Shown: positions 1-7,446 of the stretch, one piece after another
Numbering within the stretch: position 1 is the first letter of the stretch
Layout: each line of letters opens with the position of its first letter
From: Candidatus Saccharimonadota bacterium
Lineage (GTDB): Bacteria; Patescibacteriota; Saccharimonadia; Saccharimonadales; JACDBH01
Direction of reading: 5' to 3'
Assembly (NCBI GenBank): GCA_013694995.1
Contig: JACDBH010000002.1
Location: 17,425 to 81,424, forward strand
Length of the DNA: 64,000 nucleotides
Notes under the pieces: model-generated
Seen by the model: only the letters and a program-made list of their open reading frames with translations
Told to the model about the DNA's origin: nothing
Databases searched by the model: none
Translations under genes and position numbers: made by a program

Positions 1-80
1 CAGCAGACTTGGCATTTGGAGGTCTCACAGTAGTTTTAGATACAGGGCCCCATTCGTGAACTTGATAATTTTCCATAATC

Positions 81-89
81 TGTTACAAT
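81..89 (+). promoter_or_regulatory. Extended -10 element TGtTACAAT about 235 nt upstream of rpsB
   Basis: Same TGtTACAAT as in front of proS (5509-5517) and the GH1 gene (45869-45877). Confidence 0.4.
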
Positions 90-323
90 TAAACAGTAAT
101 TAATTAAGCAGGGCGGAGCAGAATCCTCCTGACGCATACTGTGCAGGTTGCGATCAGGTAAGCATCGTACCGAAGTGAAAGGATTTATTTAGGCTTATCA
201 GCCATGCACATTTTGTCGCTTTTTGCTTAAGTTCCGCATTCGCAGAATTAAAATACAGCGAACCTGCGGTACTCGCAAAAATCAACAAACTGCACTTGCC
301 TGAAAACCTTAAAGGTAAAAAAT

Positions 324-1094
324 ATGAGCACAAATGTAGACATCAAAGCATTATTACAGGCCGGAGCGCACTTTGGCCACAAAACCAGCCGTTGGCATCC
401 GGCTATGGCCCAATATATCCATAGCAAACGTGGCGGCAGCCACATAATCGACCTTGTTAAAACAGTTGAAAAATTAGAAGAAGCCCTGAGCTTTTTGACG
501 CAAACTGCGGCTAGCGGCAAGCAAGTCTTATTTGTAGGCATAAAGCGCCAGGCTTATGACATAACTAAAAAATTAGCCCTAGACACTGACATGCCATACG
601 TAGTTGAGCGATGGGCGGGTGGAATGTTGACCAACCGCAATACTATCGGCGGACGCATCAAGCACCTCAAGGACCTTGAAGCCAAAATGGAAAGCGGGGA
701 ATTAGGCAATAAGTACAACAAACTTGAAGTCCAACGCTTCCAAGAAGAAATCGAGAGTATGAACGTGCTCTACGGCGGCATCAAAGACATGCAGCCCAAA
801 GTCGGTGCGGTATTCATATTTGACCCGACTCACGACAAAAATGCAGTTCTTGAAGCTCGCAAGCTAGGCGTACCAATTGTTGCGATTACTGATACTAACG
901 CCGATCCAACATTAATAACTTACCCAATTCCATGCAACGACGACGCCATCAAAACCCTGCAACTAATTGCGGACTACGTAAAAGTAGCAATAGATACAGG
1001 TAAGGTCAAGGCCTCCAAGGTTTCCGAAAAGGAAGTTTCGATGGACAAGGCCGCCAAGCCTGTTGATAAAACTGAAGCAGCTGAAGCAAAGTAA
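324..1094 (+). CDS. rpsB: 30S ribosomal protein S2
   Basis: 256 aa. S2-type motifs LLQAGAHFGHKTSRWHP and RWAGGMLTN. Followed by tsf as in the conserved operon. Confidence 0.97.
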   Translation: MSTNVDIKALLQAGAHFGHKTSRWHPAMAQYIHSKRGGSHIIDLVKTVEKLEEALSFLTQTAASGKQVLFVGIKRQAYDITKKLALDTDMPYVVERWAGGMLTNRNTIGGRIKHLKDLEAKMESGELGNKYNKLEVQRFQEEIESMNVLYGGIKDMQPKVGAVFIFDPTHDKNAVLEARKLGVPIVAITDTNADPTLITYPIPCNDDAIKTLQLIADYVKVAIDTGKVKASKVSEKEVSMDKAAKPVDKTEAAEAK

Positions 1095-1105
1095 GAGAGG
1101 GAACT

Positions 1106-1696
1106 ATGAAAATTGAAGAAATTAAGAGACTTAAAAACCTAACTGGAGTTGGTCTAACTGACGCCAAGGCGGCACTAGAACAAGCTAATGGCGATTTTGA
1201 TAAGGCACTCGAAGCCATGCGCAAAAAGGGCATGACTAAGGCAGAAAAGCGCGGCGAACGTGAGGCCAGGGCCGGATTGATTGGAACCTATAACCACGAC
1301 AACCGTATTGGCGTGCTGGTTGAGATTAACTGCGAAACTGACTTCGTGGCCCGCAACGAAATCTTTGTGAATTTAGTTAAAGACGTAGCCATGCACATTG
1401 CTGCCAGCAATCCAGAGTTTGTTTCAAGCGAAAATATTCCAGCCGAAGCCCGCGAACAAGCAACCGCTGAATTTACCGATAAAGTAAAAGGCGAGGGTAA
1501 ACCTGAAAATATGGTCCCAAACATTGTTGAAGGCATGCTAAAAAAATATTTTGCCGAAAAGTGCCTGCTAGACCAGCCTTTCATTAAAAACCCAGACCAG
1601 ACTGTTAGCGATTACGTCAAAGAGCATAATGCTCGTCTGGGCGAAAATATCGTTGTACGTCGCTTTAGCCGCATCGCTCTCGGCGAAATCGTCTAA
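1106..1696 (+). CDS. tsf: Elongation factor Ts (short form)
   Basis: 196 aa. UBA-like N-terminus IKRLKNLTGVGLTDAKAALEQANGDFDKALEAMRKKG. Purine-rich SD GAGAGGGA upstream. Sits directly after rpsB. Confidence 0.95.
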   Translation: MKIEEIKRLKNLTGVGLTDAKAALEQANGDFDKALEAMRKKGMTKAEKRGEREARAGLIGTYNHDNRIGVLVEINCETDFVARNEIFVNLVKDVAMHIAASNPEFVSSENIPAEAREQATAEFTDKVKGEGKPENMVPNIVEGMLKKYFAEKCLLDQPFIKNPDQTVSDYVKEHNARLGENIVVRRFSRIALGEIV

Positions 1697-1712
1697 GCTT
1701 AGTCCAAATAAA

Positions 1713-1741
1713 TTGACACATAACTCATAATATGATATTAT
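1713..1741 (+). promoter_or_regulatory. Near-consensus promoter TTGACA-17-(TGa)TATTAT, leaderless onto ORF 1748
   Basis: TTGACA 1713-1718, 17-nt spacer, TGa + TATTAT 1733-1741, then 6 nt to the ATG. Confidence 0.6.
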
Positions 1742-1747
1742 TTAAGT

Positions 1748-2044
1748 ATGTCTAAAAATATAAAAAAATTGTCCGAACCCCTAAACTCTAACCAAGTAGT
1801 GTATGACCATGGGCATGAACTTGCACTGCAAGCTAATAAAGCGTTTGATCGTCGTACTAAAGTCGCAAAAAGGTTAACTCAACTTGAATTGATTAGTTAT
1901 GCTCCTGCAGCGATGCTTGTAAAAGTAGAGCTAGAAAAGGCGCAAGCAGATGCTGATTTTGAAGTGTTTGATAATGCGGCAGGCTTACTCCTAAACCCGC
2001 CCGATTATGTAATTCGTAAAGGCCAGCTTACTATTCCAAAATAG
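1748..2044 (+). CDS. Hypothetical protein (98 aa) in the slot usually held by pyrH
   Basis: Uninterrupted ORF with no motif I recognise. A near-consensus TTGACA-17-TATTAT promoter ends 6 nt before the ATG. Confidence 0.6.
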   Translation: MSKNIKKLSEPLNSNQVVYDHGHELALQANKAFDRRTKVAKRLTQLELISYAPAAMLVKVELEKAQADADFEVFDNAAGLLLNPPDYVIRKGQLTIPK

Positions 2045-2132
2045 GCAGCAGCCCAGTATTCAACCTATCTATTATTGTGAGAGTACCTTCTCTTAGGTTA
2101 AGATAAGTGCACAAGGGATAAAAGGAGATATA

Positions 2133-2696
2133 ATGAACCCCAACCAGGTACTGAATGACGCAGACGCAAAGTTCAATAGAGCTGCTGAGCATTTTGATGA
2201 CGAACTTAAGAAAATCCGTACTGGCCGAGCCCACCCGGGTATGCTTGATGGCGTAGTAGTAATGGCCTACGGAACGCCAATGCCGCTTATTCAGGTAGGT
2301 ACCGTTACGGCTCCAGAAGCCCAATTGCTGCAAATTACTCCGTTTGACCCGAGCAATCTACAAGCCATTGCAGCAGCTATCCGCGATAATCCAACATTGG
2401 GCTTAAACCCTAGTGATGACGGCCGAGTGGTAAGGGTACCGGTCCCGTCACTGACAGAAGAACGCCGCTGTGATATTGCCAAGCAATTGAATGGTAAAGT
2501 TGAAGACTGCATGATCGCTCTCAGGGGCGCCCGCCACGACGCGCTGGATCAAATCAATAAGGCTAAAAAAGACAAAGATATGGGCGAGGATGACGCCAAG
2601 CGTCTTACAGCTCAAATTGAAGATCTAATGAACAAGCAAAAGCAAGCCGTAGAGTCTGCGTCCAAGACCAAAGAAGCTGAAATAATGAAGGTTTAA
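2133..2696 (+). CDS. frr: Ribosome recycling factor
   Basis: 187 aa. RRF-like sequence (LKKIRTGRAHPGMLD, APEAQLLQITPFD). AAGGAG SD upstream. Confidence 0.95.
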   Translation: MNPNQVLNDADAKFNRAAEHFDDELKKIRTGRAHPGMLDGVVVMAYGTPMPLIQVGTVTAPEAQLLQITPFDPSNLQAIAAAIRDNPTLGLNPSDDGRVVRVPVPSLTEERRCDIAKQLNGKVEDCMIALRGARHDALDQINKAKKDKDMGEDDAKRLTAQIEDLMNKQKQAVESASKTKEAEIMKV

Positions 2697-2769
2697 AAAA
2701 ATGAGACACCAATGCGCAGCCCAAGCCACAAGAGCTGTTTTTAATTATAGAAGTTTATAATTCAACCCA

Positions 2770-3471
2770 ATGACAAACGAGTCACAAGAAGTTTTGCCAA
2801 GGCACCTGGGACTGATACTAGACGGCAACCGACGTTGGGCCAAAAGCCAGGGGCTGCCAACTCTAAAGGGTCATCAAGCAGGTTTGGAAAACTTTAAGAA
2901 AATTTCTATAACTGCAATCAACAGCGGCGTACCTTATGTATCTGGCTTTATGTTCTCGACCGATAACTGGAACCGCACAAAAACCGAAGTCAATTATCTA
3001 ATGCAGTTGATAATCAAATTTAGCGAAAAGCATGTCGATGAGATTATTAGTGAAGACATACGCGTAGTGTTTGTAGGGATGCGCGAGGGTCTTCCAAATC
3101 GGGTGCTGAAAGCTATTGATAGCGCCGTCACGAGAACTGCTAAAGGAACAAAAGGGGTTATCGCACTTTGTATAAATTACGGCGGGCAGCAGGAAATTGT
3201 CGATGCCGCTAAGAAACTTTTGCGCCAACGGCTAGATCCTATCAAGTTGACTGCAAAAGATATTGAGCAGGCACTTTATGCACCAGAGTTGCCTCCGATT
3301 GACTTAGTGGTACGCACTTCGGGCGAATATCGTGTAAGCGGTTTTATGCTCTGGCGTATTGCCTATGCAGAATTTATCTTTGTCGACAAGCACTGGCCAG
3401 CTTTTAATAAACAAGACCTAAAAATGGTACTGACTTATTATGCAGGTCGCCAGCGCCGCTTTGGCAAATAA
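2770..3471 (+). CDS. uppS: Undecaprenyl-diphosphate synthase (cis-prenyltransferase)
   Basis: 233 aa. HLGLILDGNRRWA and RTSGEYRVSGFMLWR motifs. Confidence 0.93.
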   Translation: MTNESQEVLPRHLGLILDGNRRWAKSQGLPTLKGHQAGLENFKKISITAINSGVPYVSGFMFSTDNWNRTKTEVNYLMQLIIKFSEKHVDEIISEDIRVVFVGMREGLPNRVLKAIDSAVTRTAKGTKGVIALCINYGGQQEIVDAAKKLLRQRLDPIKLTAKDIEQALYAPELPPIDLVVRTSGEYRVSGFMLWRIAYAEFIFVDKHWPAFNKQDLKMVLTYYAGRQRRFGK

Positions 3472-3525
3472 ACTGACCTAAAAGTATAGGGGCGAGGAAA
3501 TAAGGTTATAGAACTTCCTAGCCGG

Positions 3526-3560
3526 AAACCCTGTACCCTAAACCCTAAACCCTTTATACT
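3526..3560 (+). promoter_or_regulatory. AAACCCTGTACCCT element + TATACT -10 in front of rseP
   Basis: TGTACC (3532-3537) lies 17 nt from TATACT (3555-3560), with 8 nt to the ATG. Shares a 14-nt core with the elements at 7424 and 42654. Confidence 0.45.
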
Positions 3561-3568
3561 ATTACCAC

Positions 3569-4714
3569 ATGGCAATTTTCTATTTTGTTTTGGGGCTGCT
3601 GTTATTTATTGGCTTGGTCTTAGTCCACGAGTGGGGCCATTTTATTATGGCCCGACGTAATGGCGTTGACGTTGAGGAATTTGGTCTCGGTTTCCCGCCG
3701 CGCGCCAAAATTTTAGCTAAGAAAAATGGTACTATCTACAGTCTTAACTGGCTACCGCTTGGCGGCTTCGTAAAGCTAAAGGGCGAGCATGATATTGATA
3801 CTGAAAAGGGAACTTTTGGTGCCGCTGGCACCAAGGCAAAAATCAAGATTATGCTGGCGGGAGTAGTCATGAATTTGCTTACTGCTTGGTTAATATTCAC
3901 AGTCGTTGCGCTTATTGGTATGCCTAAAATTATCAAAAACCAATTTAGCGTAGGGTCTGATACAAAAATAACCCAAAGTCCCCTAAATGAAGGAGTTATA
4001 AAAATAGGTGCAGTTGTTGAGGGCTCGCCGGCAGAGCGCGCCGGTATTTTAGTAGAAGACCAACTTGTTTCCATTAACAAAGTGAGTATCAACGAGCCAG
4101 AAAGTGTCAGCGAACAAACCGAAGCCAATAAAGGTAAAACGGTCTTAGTTGAATTTAGACGCGGCGAAGAGACAATATCTAAAGATATAACGCTTAATGA
4201 AACATCGCCATACTTAGGTATTGGCCCTTATTCTGCTCAAACAGGTTTTGAGGTTAGGCGGTCTACCTGGTCGGCACCGATTGTCGCAGTTGGGGTGTCT
4301 AAGGATTTCACGCTTGCAACTCTCAATGGCCTAGGCAAGGCCCTCAAGGGCCTAGGCTCTGCAATTGCTGGTTTAATCACTGGCAACGATACTGCGCGCA
4401 AGGAGGGGCAGGCCGAAGCAAGTGACCAAGTATCAGGACCGGTTGGCATTTTTGCCGTTCTTTATGAAATTTCACGGCAAGGCATTGGCTTGGTGCTATT
4501 TATTATCGGTTTGATATCCTTGACACTGGCTATTATGAACGTCTTACCAATACCGGCACTTGATGGTGGACGGTTATTTGTAACACTTCTTTATAGGGCA
4601 GTCCGACGTCCGCTCAAACCGAGTACAGAGGATAGGATACACGGCACTGGTTTCGCAGTTTTAATGTTACTTTTTGTTCTAATAACAATTGTTGATGTAA
4701 AGCGCTTTTTGTAA
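3569..4714 (+). CDS. rseP: RIP site-2 metalloprotease, M50 family (RseP-like)
   Basis: 381 aa. HEWGHF (HExxH) in the first TM helix, a central PDZ-like segment, and C-terminal NVLPIPALDGG. Confidence 0.9.
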   Translation: MAIFYFVLGLLLFIGLVLVHEWGHFIMARRNGVDVEEFGLGFPPRAKILAKKNGTIYSLNWLPLGGFVKLKGEHDIDTEKGTFGAAGTKAKIKIMLAGVVMNLLTAWLIFTVVALIGMPKIIKNQFSVGSDTKITQSPLNEGVIKIGAVVEGSPAERAGILVEDQLVSINKVSINEPESVSEQTEANKGKTVLVEFRRGEETISKDITLNETSPYLGIGPYSAQTGFEVRRSTWSAPIVAVGVSKDFTLATLNGLGKALKGLGSAIAGLITGNDTARKEGQAEASDQVSGPVGIFAVLYEISRQGIGLVLFIIGLISLTLAIMNVLPIPALDGGRLFVTLLYRAVRRPLKPSTEDRIHGTGFAVLMLLFVLITIVDVKRFL

Positions 4715-4720
4715 CTAATT

Positions 4721-5503
4721 ATGGCTGATGTAAATCCCGCTATTTTTGCCAAAAAACCTTTTTACAGGCGGGATCCTTTTACGACAATTGCCTTGACGTT
4801 TGCTGTTTTTTTAATCAGCCAGGTTATTGCTGCCGTTATTATCGGTGTCTATCCGGCGCTAAAAAATTGGACTGAAGCGGAGTCAACTCTTTGGCTGGAG
4901 AATTCGGTTGCAGCTCAGTTTGTTTATATTGCGCTAGCTGAAATAATCGCCGTCCTGATGGTCTTGCAACTCGTTAAGCGGGCCAAAATCATAAAGGCAC
5001 GAGTAGGATTCGTATCACCGCGTTTGCGGGATATTGGCTACGCGGCGGTGGCGTACGGGCTGTATTTTATTGCGTATTTAATAATTATTATCGTCGCAAC
5101 GCGTATCGTACCAAGTTTGAATACCAACCAGGAGCAGCAGGTCGGTTTTGATAGTGCCTACTCTTCCTTGGAGCTACTAATGACTTTCGCCTCATTGGTT
5201 ATTTTCCCGCCGATTGCCGAGGAAATTATTTTTCGAGGTTATTTGTTTACTAGCCTTAGGGCCAAATTTCGCCTCCGATACGCCATCATTTTAACTAGCA
5301 TTTTGTTCGGCATTGCCCATCTGCAGTTCGGCAGCGGCGCGCCACTTTTATGGGTCGCAGCTATTGATACTTTCATCTTATCTTGCTTCCTATGTTACTT
5401 GCGCGAACGTTCTGGAAGCTTGTGGCCACCAATACTGTTGCATGCAATAAAGAACACTGTGGCATTCTTCATATTATTCGGTCCACGTTTCCTGGCTTAT
5501 TAG
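4721..5503 (+). CDS. CPBP (CAAX) family intramembrane glutamic protease
   Basis: 260 aa, polytopic. EEIIFRGYLF, FGIAHL and LLHAIKN motifs. Confidence 0.85.
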   Translation: MADVNPAIFAKKPFYRRDPFTTIALTFAVFLISQVIAAVIIGVYPALKNWTEAESTLWLENSVAAQFVYIALAEIIAVLMVLQLVKRAKIIKARVGFVSPRLRDIGYAAVAYGLYFIAYLIIIIVATRIVPSLNTNQEQQVGFDSAYSSLELLMTFASLVIFPPIAEEIIFRGYLFTSLRAKFRLRYAIILTSILFGIAHLQFGSGAPLLWVAAIDTFILSCFLCYLRERSGSLWPPILLHAIKNTVAFFILFGPRFLAY

Positions 5504-5525
5504 CAGTCTGTTACAATACGCTTTA

Positions 5526-6782
5526 ATGAAGATTTCAGAAATTTTTACCAAAACAATCAAAGAAGCACCGGCAGATGAGCAAGCTAAGAACGCGATTGTA
5601 CTTATCCGCGCTGGTTATATTCATAAGGAGATGGCAGGGGTCTATACATTTCTACCGTTCGGTCTAAGGGTGTTGGATAAAATCTGTAACATTATTCGCG
5701 AAGAAATGAACGCCATAGGAGGGCAGGAACTAAAGCTAACGACGCTGCAAGATCCCGAAATTTGGAAGGCTACCGATCGCTGGGATGATGAAAAGGTAGA
5801 TGTTTGGTTCAAGACTAAATTAAAGAATGACAGTGAGCTGGGCTTAGGCCCAACCCACGAGGAACCGCTTATCCGTGCGGTTAAAAAGTACATTAAATCC
5901 TATAAAGATCTCCCATTCCTGGCATATCAGATCCAAACCAAATTTCGAAACGAAACCAGAGCTAAGAGCGGGGTGATGCGCGGCCGCGAATTCTTGATGA
6001 AGGATTTGTACAGTTTTGCACGCACGGAGGCAGAGCATGAAGAGCTGTATGAGCGTATCAAGCATGCCTACGGCAAGGTCTACGAGCGTCTCGGTGTCGG
6101 AGAACAGACATTTTTAACATTTGCTAGCGGAGGCATGTTTAGTGAATTCAGCCATGAGTTTCAAACAGTCTGCGACGCTGGTGAAGATACCATATTCTTA
6201 GATCGCACCAAGAAAATTGCTGTTAATGAAGAAGTGAATAACGATGAAGTGCTAGCTAGTCTTGGCTTAAACCGTGAAAATTTGGAGGAGGTCAAAGCTG
6301 CTGAAGTTGGCAATATCTTTACGCTTAAGGATAAATTTTCAAAGCCTTTAGGTTTAACATTCGTTGACGAGCTGGACCAGGAACAAAACGTACTTATGGG
6401 CTGTTATGGCATTGGGCCGTCGCGCTTAATGGGGGTTATAACGGAACTGCTATCTGATGACAAAGGGCTTGTCTGGCCGGAAGCGATTGCACCATATCAG
6501 CTATACCTGGTACGTTTAGGTCAAGAAGCAGAAATAGTCAAAGCGGCCGACTCATTATATTCGGAACTTAAAGATGCAAATATCGATGTTTTGTATGATG
6601 ACAGGGATGCGCGTGCCGGTGAGAAATTTGCGGATGCTGATTTATTGGGAATCCCGTGGCGGGCTGTAATTAGCGCCAAGACTGTGGAGCAAAACAGCGT
6701 CGAGCTAAAAGCTCGCACTTCAGCTGACATGGCCCTCATACCTGTTTCTGAACTCAAGAATCGGCTTGTCAAACTAAGATAG
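5526..6782 (+). CDS. proS: Prolyl-tRNA synthetase, short form without INS editing domain
   Basis: 418 aa. ProRS N-terminus (IRAGYIHKEMAGVYTFLPFGLRV), class II motifs and a C-terminal anticodon-binding domain. Confidence 0.92.
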   Translation: MKISEIFTKTIKEAPADEQAKNAIVLIRAGYIHKEMAGVYTFLPFGLRVLDKICNIIREEMNAIGGQELKLTTLQDPEIWKATDRWDDEKVDVWFKTKLKNDSELGLGPTHEEPLIRAVKKYIKSYKDLPFLAYQIQTKFRNETRAKSGVMRGREFLMKDLYSFARTEAEHEELYERIKHAYGKVYERLGVGEQTFLTFASGGMFSEFSHEFQTVCDAGEDTIFLDRTKKIAVNEEVNNDEVLASLGLNRENLEEVKAAEVGNIFTLKDKFSKPLGLTFVDELDQEQNVLMGCYGIGPSRLMGVITELLSDDKGLVWPEAIAPYQLYLVRLGQEAEIVKAADSLYSELKDANIDVLYDDRDARAGEKFADADLLGIPWRAVISAKTVEQNSVELKARTSADMALIPVSELKNRLVKLR

Positions 6783-6811
6783 GTTGATATACTTGAAGTA
6801 CTTCAAGCGAA

Positions 6812-6845
6812 GCTGGCTAACAGATTATGCCAGCTATTTCTTTCA
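6812..6845 (+). terminator. Intrinsic terminator after proS
   Basis: GCTGGC (6812-6817) / GCCAGC (6829-6834) stem, 11-nt loop, then TATTTCTTTC. Confidence 0.6.
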
Positions 6846-6860
6846 GAAAGGAACAAACAA

Positions 6861-7322
6861 ATGAAGAAACAATTTTATTTGACCCCAGAGGGTCTTGCTG
6901 AATTAAAGACAGAGCACGAGCAATTGGTCTCTAAGCGCGCAGAAATAGCTGAAGAAATAGCCTCTGCTCGCTCGCAAGGTGACCTGGCGGAGAATGCTGA
7001 ATATCACGCCGCAAAAGAAGAACAAGGTCGGAATGAAATCCGAATCGAAGAAATTGAACATATATTACATAACGCCGAGCTTATCACTGCACCGAAAAAT
7101 GATAATAAAATTCGCCTTGGCTCTACGGTCAAACTTACAGGTGAGGGTGGTAAGGCCAAGCAGTTTCAGGTAGTTGGCACTGTTGAAGCCGATCCATTAA
7201 ACGGCAAAATCAGCGACGAATCTCCGATTGGCAAAGCACTGATTGGTAAAAAAGAAGGTGAAGCAGTCGAAATCAAAACTCCTACTGAAACAACTTCTTA
7301 CGTTATCGCACACATCTCTTAG
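6861..7322 (+). CDS. greA: Transcription elongation factor GreA
   Basis: 153 aa. GDLAENAEYHAAKEEQ coiled-coil tip motif. AAAGGAA SD upstream. Confidence 0.94.
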   Translation: MKKQFYLTPEGLAELKTEHEQLVSKRAEIAEEIASARSQGDLAENAEYHAAKEEQGRNEIRIEEIEHILHNAELITAPKNDNKIRLGSTVKLTGEGGKAKQFQVVGTVEADPLNGKISDESPIGKALIGKKEGEAVEIKTPTETTSYVIAHIS

Positions 7323-7405
7323 ATTTTATTTTGGCGCATTGCTTTAATAGTCAACTGTGCCGTCCTGCATTACCGAAATAAAGTGAGAGTAAAGTGCTTA
7401 TAAAC

Positions 7406-7446
7406 CCCTAGACCCTTGACCTTAAACCCTGTACCCTATAAATCAA
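7406..7446 (+). promoter_or_regulatory. Conserved promoter element in front of lysS
   Basis: ACCTTAAACCCTGTACCCTATAAATC (7419-7444) matches 42649-42674 at 25 of 26 positions. TAGACC-17-TACCCT geometry. Confidence 0.5.

Noticed and set aside
1-76. Possible 5' end of a minus-strand gene (MENYQVHEWGPVSKTTVRPPNAKSA...) starting at 76 and running off the left edge.
   Set aside because: Only 25 codons are visible and there is no SD or clear -10 box. This is too little to support a call.
3537-3554. Telomere-like CCCTAAACCCTAAACCC run.
   Set aside because: There are only about 2.5 units, and the run is embedded in the promoter element shared with lysS and the helicase gene. I treat it as part of that motif, not as a telomeric or satellite repeat.
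6792-6807. Perfect 16-bp palindrome CTTGAAGTACTTCAAG just after the proS stop codon.
   Set aside because: It is probably just an accessory stem preceding the better terminator hairpin at 6812-6845. There is no second copy in the window.
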